From the NCBI RefSeq assembly GCF_039541115.1, contig NZ_BAABFP010000007.1, positions 186,001 through 250,000 on the forward strand: a stretch of DNA of 64,000 nucleotides, written 5' to 3'. Within the stretch, counting starts at the first letter, position 1; every line of letters begins with the position of its first letter. This stretch comes from Angustibacter luteus (GTDB lineage: Bacteria; Actinomycetota; Actinomycetes; Actinomycetales; Angustibacteraceae). The notes beneath the pieces are model-generated. The model had not been told where the DNA came from, searched no databases, and worked only from the letters and a program-made list of their open reading frames with translations. Position numbers and translations under genes: made by a program. Positions 49,617-58,835 of the stretch are shown piece after piece.

Positions 49617-52600
49617 CTAGGAGATGACGACCAGCAGGTCGCCGCCCTCCACCTGCTGCTGCGAACCGATCGCCAAGCGCTCGACGGTCCCGCTGACGGG
49701 CGTCGTGATCGAGGCCTCCATCTTCATGGCCTCGATGGTCGCCACGGTCGCGCCGGCCTCGACGGTGGCCCCCTGCTCGACGGCCAGCGACACCACGCCG
49801 GCGAACGGCGCCGCGACGTGCCCGGACTTCGCCGGGTCGGCCTTCTCAGCGGCCCGGACGTCGACGTCCGCGCTCTCGTCCAGGGTGAGCACCGGGCGCA
49901 GCTGCCCGTTCAACGTCGTCATGACGGTGCGCATCCCGCGCTCGTCGACCTCGCTGACCGACTGGACGCCGACCAGCAGTCGCTTGCCGGGCTCGATCTC
50001 GACCTCGACCTCCGCGCCCGGCCGCAGCCCGTGCAGGAACTGCGCGGTGGGCAGCACCGACAGGTCGCTGTAGGTGTCCCGGGACTGCGCGAACTCCTTC
50101 GTCGGCCCGGGGAACAGCAGCCGGTTGAGCGTGGCCCGACGGTCCGCGGCCAGCCCCTCGACGTCCGCCTCGTCCAGCTCGGCGACCGCCGGCTTGGACC
50201 GGCTGCGACCCGCCAAGGCCTTGCTGCGGAAGGGTTCCGGCCAACCGCCGGGCGGGTCGCCCAGCTCGCCCTGCAGGAAGCCGATCACCGAGTCGGGGAT
50301 GTCGTGCGCACCCGGGTCGGCCTCGAAGTCGGCCGGGTCGACGCCCCGGCCCACCAGTGCCAGCGCGAGGTCGCCGACCACCTTGCTGGACGGCGTGACC
50401 TTGACGATGTTGCCGAGCATCCGGTTCGCGGCCGCGTAGGTGTCCTCGATCGCCTCGAACTTCTGGCCGAGGCCGAGCGCGATGGCCTGCTGGCGAAGGT
50501 TGGACAGCTGCCCGCCGGGGATCTCGTGGGTGTAGACGCGACCGGTCGGCGCCGACAGCCCGGACTCGAAGGGCGCGTACAGCCGGCGCACCGCCTCCCA
50601 GTACGGCTCCAGGTCGCAGACCGTGCGCAGGTCGAGGCCGGTGGCCCGCTCGGTGCCGTCGGTCGCCGCCACCAGCGCCGACATCGGCACCTGGCTGGTG
50701 GTGCCCGCCATCGGCGCGCTGGCGACGTCCACCGCGTCCACCCCGGCGTCGATCGCGGCCAGCAGCGTGGCGAGCTGCCCGCCCGCCGTGTCGTGGGTGT
50801 GCAGGTGCACCGGCAGGTCGAACCGCTCGCGCAGCGCCGTGACCAGCACTCGTGCGGCCGGCGCGCGCAGCAGCCCGGCCATGTCCTTGATCGCCAGCAC
50901 GTGTGCGCCGGCCCCGACGATGCGCTCGGCCAGCGCCAGGTAGTAGTCGAGCGTGTACAGCGTCTCGGCCGGGTCGGACAGGTTGCCGGTGTAGCAGAGG
51001 GCGACCTCGGCGACCGCCGTCCCGGTGCGCCGGACGGCCTCGATGGCCGGACGCATCTGCTCCACGTCGTTCAGCGCGTCGAAGACCCGGAACACGTCGA
51101 TGCCGGTGCGCGCCGCCTCCTCGACGAACGCGTCCGTGACCTCGACCGGGTACGGCGTGTAGCCGACCGTGTTGCGCCCGCGCAGCAGCATCTGCAGGCA
51201 CAGGTTGGGCATCGCCTCACGCAGCGCCGCCAGCCGGTCCCACGGGTCCTCGGACAGGAACCGCAGGGCCACGTCGTACGTCGCGCCGCCCCAGGCCTCC
51301 ACGCTCCACAGCTGCGGGGTCAGCCGGGCCACCGGGGCGGCCGCGGCCAGCAGGTCGCGGGTGCGGACCCGGGTGGCGAGCAGCGACTGGTGGGCGTCCC
51401 GGAACGTCGTGTCGGTGACCGCGACCGCGGTCTGCTCGCGCAGCGCCGCAGCGAACTGCTCCGGCCCGACCCGGACCAGCAGGTCCCGCGCGCCGGGCGG
51501 TGCCGCGGCGTCGACGTCCACGGCCGGCAGCTTGCTGGCCGGGTCGGCCAGGTCGTGACCGGGGCCGTGCGGCTGGTTCACCGTCATGTGCGCCAGGTAG
51601 GTCAGCAGCTTGGTGCCGCGGTCGGCCGGCACCCGAGGGCTCAGCAGCTGCGGGCGCTCATCGATGAAGGACGTCGAGAGCCGTCCCGCGACGAAGTCCG
51701 GCTGGTCGATCAGGCTCTGCAGGAACGGGATGTTGGTGGACACGCCACGGATCCGGAACTCCGACAGGGCGCGGCGGGCCCGGCGGACCGCCGTCGGGAA
51801 GTCGTGCCCGCGACAGGTCAGCTTGACCAGCATCGAGTCGAAGTGCGCGCCGATCTCGGCGCCGACGAAGACCGTGCCGCCGTCCAGCCGCACTCCCGCA
51901 CCGCCCGCCGAGCGGTACGTGGTGATGGTGCCGGTGTCGGGGCGGAACCCGTTCGAGGGGTCCTCGGTGGTGATCCGGCACTGCAGCGCAGCGCCGTTGA
52001 CCCGGATCGTCGCCTGCGCCAGGCCCAGGTCGTCGAGCGTCTCGCCGCTGGCGATCCGCATCTGGGACTGCACCAGGTCGATGTCGGTGACCTCCTCGGT
52101 CACCGTGTGCTCGACCTGGATGCGCGGGTTCATCTCGATGAAGACGTACGAACCGTCCGGGTCGAGCAGGAACTCCACGGTGCCGGCGTTGGCGTACCCG
52201 ATCTGCCGGGCGAAGGCGACGGCGTGCGCGCACATCGACTCGCGGATCTCGGCCGGCAGGTTCGGCGCCGGGGCGATCTCGACGACCTTCTGGTGCCGCC
52301 GCTGCACCGAGCAGTCCCGCTCGAACAGGTGGACGACGTTGCCGGCCCCGTCGGCCAGCACCTGCACCTCGATGTGCCGCGGCGAGACCACGGCCTTCTC
52401 CAGGAACACCGTGGCGTCGCCGAAGGCGCTCTCCGCCTCGCGCATGGCGGCCTCGATGGACTCGCGCAGGTCGGCCGGGTCCTCGACCCGACGCATCCCG
52501 CGTCCCCCGCCGCCGGCCACGGCCTTCACGAACAGCGGGAAGCCGACGTCGTCCGCGGCGTCCAGCAGCGTCTGGACGTCGGTGCTCGGCGGCGCGCTGC

Positions 52601-52997
52601 CCAGCACCGGCAGCCCGGCCTCGCGGGCTGCGGTGATCGCGCGGGCCTTGTTGCCGGTGAGCTCCAGGACCGACGCCGGCGGCCCGATGAAGGTGATCCC
52701 GGCCGCCGCGCAGGCCTCGGCGAGCTGCGGGTTCTCGGACAGGAAGCCGTAGCCGGGGTAGACCGCGTCCGCACCCGACTCGCGAGCCACCCGGACGATC
52801 TCGGCAATGTCCAGGTAGGCGCGCACCGGGTGCCCGGGCTCACCGATCCGGTACGCCTCGTCCGCCTTCGAGCGGTGCTCGCTGCGCCGGTCCTCGTGGG
52901 CGAAGACCGCGACGGTCTGCGCGCCCAGCTCGGTCGCGGCGCGGAAGGCGCGGACGGCGATCTCGCCACGGTTGGCGACCAGGACCTTTCGGAACAC
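49617..52997 (-). CDS. pyc: Pyruvate carboxylase
   Basis: KVLVANRGEIA, RDCSVQRRHQK, DTTFRDAHQSLLATR, IKDMAG, HLHTHDT, EAMKME biotin site. Confidence 0.97.
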   Translation of the reverse strand: MFRKVLVANRGEIAVRAFRAATELGAQTVAVFAHEDRRSEHRSKADEAYRIGEPGHPVRAYLDIAEIVRVARESGADAVYPGYGFLSENPQLAEACAAAGITFIGPPASVLELTGNKARAITAAREAGLPVLGSAPPSTDVQTLLDAADDVGFPLFVKAVAGGGGRGMRRVEDPADLRESIEAAMREAESAFGDATVFLEKAVVSPRHIEVQVLADGAGNVVHLFERDCSVQRRHQKVVEIAPAPNLPAEIRESMCAHAVAFARQIGYANAGTVEFLLDPDGSYVFIEMNPRIQVEHTVTEEVTDIDLVQSQMRIASGETLDDLGLAQATIRVNGAALQCRITTEDPSNGFRPDTGTITTYRSAGGAGVRLDGGTVFVGAEIGAHFDSMLVKLTCRGHDFPTAVRRARRALSEFRIRGVSTNIPFLQSLIDQPDFVAGRLSTSFIDERPQLLSPRVPADRGTKLLTYLAHMTVNQPHGPGHDLADPASKLPAVDVDAAAPPGARDLLVRVGPEQFAAALREQTAVAVTDTTFRDAHQSLLATRVRTRDLLAAAAPVARLTPQLWSVEAWGGATYDVALRFLSEDPWDRLAALREAMPNLCLQMLLRGRNTVGYTPYPVEVTDAFVEEAARTGIDVFRVFDALNDVEQMRPAIEAVRRTGTAVAEVALCYTGNLSDPAETLYTLDYYLALAERIVGAGAHVLAIKDMAGLLRAPAARVLVTALRERFDLPVHLHTHDTAGGQLATLLAAIDAGVDAVDVASAPMAGTTSQVPMSALVAATDGTERATGLDLRTVCDLEPYWEAVRRLYAPFESGLSAPTGRVYTHEIPGGQLSNLRQQAIALGLGQKFEAIEDTYAAANRMLGNIVKVTPSSKVVGDLALALVGRGVDPADFEADPGAHDIPDSVIGFLQGELGDPPGGWPEPFRSKALAGRSRSKPAVAELDEADVEGLAADRRATLNRLLFPGPTKEFAQSRDTYSDLSVLPTAQFLHGLRPGAEVEVEIEPGKRLLVGVQSVSEVDERGMRTVMTTLNGQLRPVLTLDESADVDVRAAEKADPAKSGHVAAPFAGVVSLAVEQGATVEAGATVATIEAMKMEASITTPVSGTVERLAIGSQQQVEGGDLLVVIS

Positions 52998-53126
52998 GAG
53001 CAGACCTCCGACCAGCTGCCAGGCGCACGGACACGGGGAGCCTACCGACGTGTCTGATCCGCGGGACGCCGGTCTCCCATCGCGAGATTGCCTGGTGCGC
53101 GAACCGGCCCCGCCGATAGGCAGATC

Positions 53127-54659
53127 GTGATCCGAACCCCCGCCGTGCGCGTCGTCCTGGCCGCGCCGCTCGCCGCGGCCGCCTTCCTGATGTCCTCGGT
53201 CGGGCCGGGCGCCGGGGCCCTACGGGCCGACGCGACGCCGTCGCCGTCGGTGGCCGGGCTGCCGGCGGTGGTCTGGGGCGCGCACCGCGCGGGGGCGCTC
53301 GAGGCGCCGGACGGCACGCTGGCGGCCGGTCGCGCCCAGCTCGCCGGGGGCGTCGCGACGGTGCTCGACGCCGACGTCCGGCTGCTCGCGGACGGAACCC
53401 CCGTGATCATGCACGACGCGACGGTGGACCGGACGACGACCGGGCACGGCAGCGTGTCCGCGATGACCGCGCCCCAGTGGGCGGCCCTGCGCACCGATCC
53501 CGCGGCGTGGTTCGGGGCCGGATGGCCCGTCGAGCGCCCACCCACGCTCGCCCAGTGGCTGGACGCCTTCGGTGGCCGCACCGTCCTGCTGCTCGAGGTC
53601 AAGCAGTCGCCGGCCGTGGACGCGGTCGAGCGACTCGTCCGGGCCAGGGGGCTGGTCGACTCGGTGATCCTGCAGAGCAACACGCCCAGCGTCGTCCGGC
53701 AGATCGCCGACCGCGGGCTGCACGCCCAGCTCTGGCGCACGGCGGACCAGCTGGCCGCCGACCCGGCCGACACCTGGCGGGACAGCCACGCCGAGCAGGT
53801 CGAGGTCGCGCCCGCCAGCGCCCCGGCCCAGATCCGTCGTCTGGCGTCACTGGGCCGACCCGTCTGGGCCTTCGCGGTGAACGACCGGGCGCAGGCGCAG
53901 CGGCTGGCCGGGCTGGGGGTCACGGGGTTCGTCTCGGACGACCCCGCCTACGTGTCGGGCGCCGCAGCCGGCTACCCGCGTCGTCCGGTGCTGGCGACGG
54001 TCTCCTCCACGACCGCTCAGGCGGGGGACCGGTTCGCCGCCACCGTCACCACCCGGGTCCCCGCGACGAACTACCTGGCCCCGACGACCCCGGTCACGGT
54101 GCGCTTCGGTGGCCGTGGTGTGCGACTGACCACGGCGGTCAGCGGGGTCCGGCGGGCCACCCTGGCCGCTCCCGCGGCGCCTGGCCGGTACCGGGTGGAC
54201 GTCGTGACCGGGCCGGTGACTGCCGGTGAGACGCGCACCGCCGGTGCCACCCGACGGTCCGCCGCGACCCTCGTCGTGCACCCCGAGGACGCGCAGCTCG
54301 TCGCCCGTCCCCGGACCCTGCGTCGCGGTGGGACGTACCGCGTCGGCGCCAGCGTGCGGGACTCCGCGTCGTCGGCGTACACCGGCCCACGCCGTGAGCG
54401 CGGGGGGACCGTCCTCGGGCTCGCCCACGCCCGGGTGCGGGTGCAGGTCCGGGCTGGGACGTCGACCCACGGTCGGATCGTGCTCGACCGCACGGTGACG
54501 GCGGTGGACGACGGGCTCCGGGCCAACGGCATCGGTTCCGCTCTCACGGGGTGGAGCGTGCCCCGGTCCCTGCCGCGCGGTCGGTACACGCTGCGCGTCC
54601 TGGACGGGGGTGGGTGGTACGACGCCGCGCCGTCCTGCGCCCCGATCTGGGTGCGCTGA
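53127..54659 (+). CDS. Secreted glycerophosphodiester phosphodiesterase-like protein with beta-rich C-terminal extension
   Basis: Signal peptide; AHRA, DADV...DGTPVIMHD.TVDRTT, LLEVK, GVTGFVSD. Confidence 0.78.
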   Translation: MIRTPAVRVVLAAPLAAAAFLMSSVGPGAGALRADATPSPSVAGLPAVVWGAHRAGALEAPDGTLAAGRAQLAGGVATVLDADVRLLADGTPVIMHDATVDRTTTGHGSVSAMTAPQWAALRTDPAAWFGAGWPVERPPTLAQWLDAFGGRTVLLLEVKQSPAVDAVERLVRARGLVDSVILQSNTPSVVRQIADRGLHAQLWRTADQLAADPADTWRDSHAEQVEVAPASAPAQIRRLASLGRPVWAFAVNDRAQAQRLAGLGVTGFVSDDPAYVSGAAAGYPRRPVLATVSSTTAQAGDRFAATVTTRVPATNYLAPTTPVTVRFGGRGVRLTTAVSGVRRATLAAPAAPGRYRVDVVTGPVTAGETRTAGATRRSAATLVVHPEDAQLVARPRTLRRGGTYRVGASVRDSASSAYTGPRRERGGTVLGLAHARVRVQVRAGTSTHGRIVLDRTVTAVDDGLRANGIGSALTGWSVPRSLPRGRYTLRVLDGGGWYDAAPSCAPIWVR

Positions 54660-54687
54660 CCGGCGCCCGACCCGACACACTGGGTGC

Positions 54688-55155
54688 ATGGCACGCACCA
54701 TCGCGCAGAACACCTCGGTCGACCTCGACGCGCTGCTCGACTTCGTCCGCCCACGGCACCACTTCCTGCTGGTCACCCGGCGCGCCGACGGATCGGCCCA
54801 GGCGTCCCCGGTCACCGGGGGAGTGGACGAGGAGGGTCGGCTGGTCATCTCCACCTACCCCGAGCGAGCCAAGGTCGCGAACGCCCGACGCGACCCGCAG
54901 GTGGCGGTCGTCGTCCTGTCCGACGACTTCGGCGGTGCCTGGGTGCAGGTGGACGGCACCTGCGAGGTGCTCGACCTGCCCGAGGCACTCGAACCGCTCG
55001 TCGACTACTTCCGGGCCATCTCGGGCGAGCACCCGGACTGGGACGAGTACCGGCAGGCCATGACCGCGCAGGGCAAGTCGCTGCTGCGGATCACGCCGAC
55101 CCGGTGGGGACCGGTCGCCACCGGCGGCTTCCCGGCCAGGCTCGCCGACGGCTGA
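54688..55155 (+). CDS. PPOX class F420-dependent oxidoreductase
   Basis: LVTRRADGSAQASPV, RAKVANARRDP, EHPDWDEYRQAM. Confidence 0.88.
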   Translation: MARTIAQNTSVDLDALLDFVRPRHHFLLVTRRADGSAQASPVTGGVDEEGRLVISTYPERAKVANARRDPQVAVVVLSDDFGGAWVQVDGTCEVLDLPEALEPLVDYFRAISGEHPDWDEYRQAMTAQGKSLLRITPTRWGPVATGGFPARLADG

Positions 55156-55163
55156 CCGCCGCC

Positions 55164-55655
55164 TCAGACCTGCGACGAGTCGGGTGGGTACGGGTTCGCG
55201 GCCGTGAAGGCGTGCGGCGTGGGCCCGAACATCCGGAGGTGGCGCAGCCGCTGCTCCGCCTCCACCAGCCGCTGGTGCTGCCCCGCCGGTACCCACCACA
55301 GGGCGCTGCTCGCCTCCGGGTGCCGGACGAACCAGGAGCGCCGCTGCCGCAGCGCCTCGCGGTGCGGGGAGCTGTGCACGAACGCGTCGAGCGCTTCGAG
55401 CGACTCCCAGACCGACAGGTTGACCACGAGCCCGGCGCTGTCGCCGACGTCCCAGTCGAACGGTCGGTTGCGGGCGCCCGGGGGCACCTCGACGAAGGTG
55501 CGCCAGACGAAGCCCCGGGCGCCCGCGCCGGCGACCTCGATCGGGCCTGACGCCGCGACGAAGCCGGCCAGCTGCTCGGACGACAGCGGGGCGAGCAGGC
55601 GCGAGACGTTGACCTGCGCCAGGTGCAGGCGCTGCGTCGTCGGCGAGCCGTCCAC
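55164..55655 (-). CDS. DUF3291 family protein
   Basis: HLAQVN, GFVWR, NLSVWES, LWWVPAG. Confidence 0.82.
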   Translation of the reverse strand: MDGSPTTQRLHLAQVNVSRLLAPLSSEQLAGFVAASGPIEVAGAGARGFVWRTFVEVPPGARNRPFDWDVGDSAGLVVNLSVWESLEALDAFVHSSPHREALRQRRSWFVRHPEASSALWWVPAGQHQRLVEAEQRLRHLRMFGPTPHAFTAANPYPPDSSQV

Positions 55656-55663
55656 GCTGCGGC

Positions 55664-57100
55664 TCAGGCGCCGGCCACGTTCGGGTCGCGCCAGGTCCGC
55701 TCGAACGGCAGCCGCCACGCCGTGGGAGCGACGAGCTGGTGGATCTGGTTCGGACCCCAGGAGCCGCGGGCGTACGGCCGCACCGGCGGCGGGTTCTCCA
55801 GCAGCGGCACCGAGACCTCCCAGAGCCGCTCGATGCCGTCGGCGGTGGTGAACAGCGTGTGGTCGCCGCGCATCGCGTCGTAGATGAGCCGCTCGTACGC
55901 CTCCAGCCCGGCGCCGGCCCAGTTCGTCTCCTGCATCGCGAACTGCATGCTCAGCTTGTCGAGCTTCATGCCCGGCCCCGGACGCTTGCCGTAGAACGAC
56001 AGCGACATCCGGGACTTGTCCGCGAGGTCGAACGTCAGGTGGTCCGGGCCGAGCTGGCCGACGCCCGAGCCGGCCGGGAACATGCTGCGCGGCGGCTCCT
56101 TGAACGCGATCGAGATGATCCGCGCGCCCTCGGCGAGGTGCTTGCCGGTGCGCAGGTAGAACGGCACCCCGGCCCAGCGCCAGTTGTCGATCTCGCACTT
56201 GAGCGCGATGAAGGTCTCGGTCTCGGACTCCGGCGCGACCCCCGGCTCGTCCCGGTACCCGGCGTACTGGCCGCGGACCACGTTCGACGGGTCGATCGGC
56301 GCCATCGACCGGAAGACCTTGTTCTTCTCCTCGCTGATCGCGAACGGCTCGAGCGCCGTCGGCGGCTCCATCGCGGTGAAGGCCAGCACCTGGAACAGGT
56401 GGGTGACCACCATGTCCCGGTAGGCGCCGGTGGCCTCGTAGAAGGTGGCGCGGCTCTCCAGACCGAGCTCCTCCGGGACGTCGATCTGGATGTGGTCGAT
56501 GTTGTTGCGGTGCCAGATCGGCTCGAACAGCCCGTTGGCGAACCGGAAGGCCAGGATGTTCTGCGCCGCCTCCTTGCCCAGGAAGTGGTCGATCCGGAAG
56601 ATCTGCTTCTCCAGGAAGACCTCGTGCAACGCGGCGTTCAGCGAGACCGCCGAGGCGAGGTCGGTACCGAACGGCTTCTCCATGATGATCCGGCTGCGCT
56701 CGACGAGCTTGGCCTCCTCGAGCATGCTCACCACCGCCAGGGCGGCCTTGGGGGGGACCGACAGGTAGTGCAGGCGCAGCGTGTCCTGGCCCAGCTCGGA
56801 CTCGGCCGCCTCCACCGTCGCGCGCAGGCCGTCCGGCCCGGCCGCCCCGGGCACGTAGCGCAGGCAGGACGCGAACGCCGTCCACTGGTCCGGCGTCAGC
56901 GGATGACCGCTGAAGTCGTCCACGGCGGTGCGCGCGAACTCGACGAAGGACTCCTGGTCGTACTCCTCCAGGGACGTGCCGACGACCCGCATCTGCGGGA
57001 CCAGCCCGGACTGGAACAGGTGCAGCAGACCCGGCAGCAGCTTGCGCTTGGCCAGGTCTCCGGTGGCACCGAACAGGACGACGACGTAGGGGTCAGCCAT
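55664..57100 (-). CDS. zwf: Glucose-6-phosphate 1-dehydrogenase
   Basis: FGATGDLAKRKL, EKPFG, RIDHFLGKE, RWAGVPFYLRTGK. Confidence 0.95.
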   Translation of the reverse strand: MADPYVVVLFGATGDLAKRKLLPGLLHLFQSGLVPQMRVVGTSLEEYDQESFVEFARTAVDDFSGHPLTPDQWTAFASCLRYVPGAAGPDGLRATVEAAESELGQDTLRLHYLSVPPKAALAVVSMLEEAKLVERSRIIMEKPFGTDLASAVSLNAALHEVFLEKQIFRIDHFLGKEAAQNILAFRFANGLFEPIWHRNNIDHIQIDVPEELGLESRATFYEATGAYRDMVVTHLFQVLAFTAMEPPTALEPFAISEEKNKVFRSMAPIDPSNVVRGQYAGYRDEPGVAPESETETFIALKCEIDNWRWAGVPFYLRTGKHLAEGARIISIAFKEPPRSMFPAGSGVGQLGPDHLTFDLADKSRMSLSFYGKRPGPGMKLDKLSMQFAMQETNWAGAGLEAYERLIYDAMRGDHTLFTTADGIERLWEVSVPLLENPPPVRPYARGSWGPNQIHQLVAPTAWRLPFERTWRDPNVAGA

Positions 57101-57158
57101 CTGCGCAGCGTAGGCAGTGCCGGGCCGCAGCGGCACCCCCTTCAGGGCACGAAGCGGT

Positions 57159-58181
57159 TCAGCTGTCCGGCTCCAGGCGGACCAGCATCTTGCCGGTGTT
57201 GCCGCCGGACAGCAGCGAGCGGAACGCCTCCGGCGCCGACCCGATGCCCTCGGTGACCGTCTCGCGCCAGGTGATCTTGCCCTCGGCGAGCCAGCCGGCC
57301 ATGTCCGTCAGGAACCGCGGGCGGGCGTCGGCGTGGTCGCCGACCAGGAAGCCGCGCAGCGTCAACCTGTTCTGCACCAGGCGAACCAGGTTCCGCGGTC
57401 CGGGCGGCGGCTCGGTCGCGTTGTACGCCGACACCGCGCCGCACAGCGCGGCCCGGCCGTGCAGCCGCAGCGCGCCGATCGCGGCCTCCAGGTGGTCCCC
57501 ACCCACGTTGTCGAAGTAGACGTCGATGCCTTCCGGCGCCACCTCGCGCAGCTGCTGGCGGATCGGGGCGGCCTTGTAGTCCAGCGCGTGCGTCACGCCG
57601 AGCTCGTCGAGCAGCCACTGGGTCTTGGCCGGCCCGCCCGCGCTGCCGATCACCTGCGAAGCGCCCTTGAGCCGGGCGATCTGGCAGACCAGCGAGCCCA
57701 CCGCACCCGCCGCCGCCGACACAAAGACGACGTCGCCCTCCTGCATCGCGGCCACGTCGAGCAGCCCGGCGTACGCCGTCAGGCCGGGCATCCCCAGCGC
57801 ACCGAGGTATGCCTGCGGCGGGGCGAGCTCGACGTCCACCCGCTGGGTGCGCCGGCCCGGCAGGACGGCGCGCTCGCGCCAGCCCAGCCCGTGCAGCACG
57901 GTGTCCCCGACCGCCAGCCCCTCGACGTCCGGACCGACCTGCTCGACGACCCCGACGGCGCCGCCGTCCATCGGCTCGTCCAGGGCGAAGGGCGCCACGT
58001 AGGACTTCGCGTCGTTCATCCGCCCACGCATGTACGGGTCGACGCTCAGCCACGTGTTGCGAACCAGCACCTCGCCGGGCCCGGGGTCGTCCAGCTCGTG
58101 CTCGACGAGGGCCACGTCGTCGTCGACCACCTCGCCGTTCGGTCGGCGGACGAGGTGCCAGGCGGCGCTGGTGACGGGCAT
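57159..58181 (-). CDS. NADP-dependent oxidoreductase (MDR; CurA/PTGR-like)
   Basis: LSVDPYMRGRM, GMPGLTAYAGL, SAAAGAVGS, YFDNVGG. Confidence 0.92.
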   Translation of the reverse strand: MPVTSAAWHLVRRPNGEVVDDDVALVEHELDDPGPGEVLVRNTWLSVDPYMRGRMNDAKSYVAPFALDEPMDGGAVGVVEQVGPDVEGLAVGDTVLHGLGWRERAVLPGRRTQRVDVELAPPQAYLGALGMPGLTAYAGLLDVAAMQEGDVVFVSAAAGAVGSLVCQIARLKGASQVIGSAGGPAKTQWLLDELGVTHALDYKAAPIRQQLREVAPEGIDVYFDNVGGDHLEAAIGALRLHGRAALCGAVSAYNATEPPPGPRNLVRLVQNRLTLRGFLVGDHADARPRFLTDMAGWLAEGKITWRETVTEGIGSAPEAFRSLLSGGNTGKMLVRLEPDS

Positions 58182-58303
58182 GCAGGGGTCCTCTCGATCG
58201 GGGTGGGGCACAAAGTCCTTGCTTACCTCGTTACAGTGGATGCGACAACTCAACAGCGGTAGTGGAACGGTGGGTTGGCCACCAGGCAAGGCCGCACCCC
58301 AAC

Positions 58304-58673
58304 GGGGGTGATCGGTTTCGACGTTGGTCGTACTCCCAGGAGAAGCGGGTCGAGGATGCACGGTTATCTCGTAAACGCTCCGTGCAAACCCATAGGTGCC
58401 GATTCCAAGCGCACCGACTTCGCCCTCGCCGCCTGAGCGAGCTGCGTAAGTCCGTCAGCCCGGGAGTGCTCTCGGCCCGGTAGCTGGCGTCATCAAGAGA
58501 GCCACTGCTCGTTGCCTGCGTCGCAGGGGTAACGGGGATTTCAACTGCGACTGAGCCCGGCAGCGACGTGCCTGCGAGATCGCTGGGGCCGAGAAACACC
58601 AGAGCAGGCTGCACCCGGAGAAGTCCTGGTTCTGCGCTAGCGGACGCGGGTTCGATTCCCGCCACCTCCACCA
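58304..58673 (+). ncRNA. ssrA: tmRNA; tag ORF 58398-58436 encodes (A)ADSKRTDFALAA
   Basis: 5' GGGGGTGATCGGTTTCGAC; 3' GCGGGTTCGATTCCCGCCACCTCCACCA; acceptor stem with G3:U pair; tag ends ALAA. Confidence 0.96.
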
Positions 58674-58720
58674 GATCCATCAGACCCATCAGCGCCACCA
58701 CGACCCACCACCACTACCGC

Positions 58721-58782
58721 GCCCAGATCAGAGAAGTGGGGCACCCCGGGCGACCGGGGTGCCCCACTTCTCTGTTCTCGGT
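58721..58782. repeat. Palindromic REP-like repeat family B, copy 2 (probably also terminates ssrA)
   Basis: CAGAGAAGTGGGGCACCCCGG-GCGA-CCGGGGTGCCCCACTTCTCTG, 21-bp perfect stem; similar to 11041-11102. Confidence 0.8.
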
Positions 58783-58835
58783 CAGCGCGGGCTGAGGCGC
58801 TGGCGCCGGCGGCCGACGGGGTTGATCATGAGCAG

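Noticed and set aside
49206..49617. CRISPR array
   Set aside because: The repeats are inverted and irregularly spaced, with no direct repeat-spacer periodicity and no cas genes.
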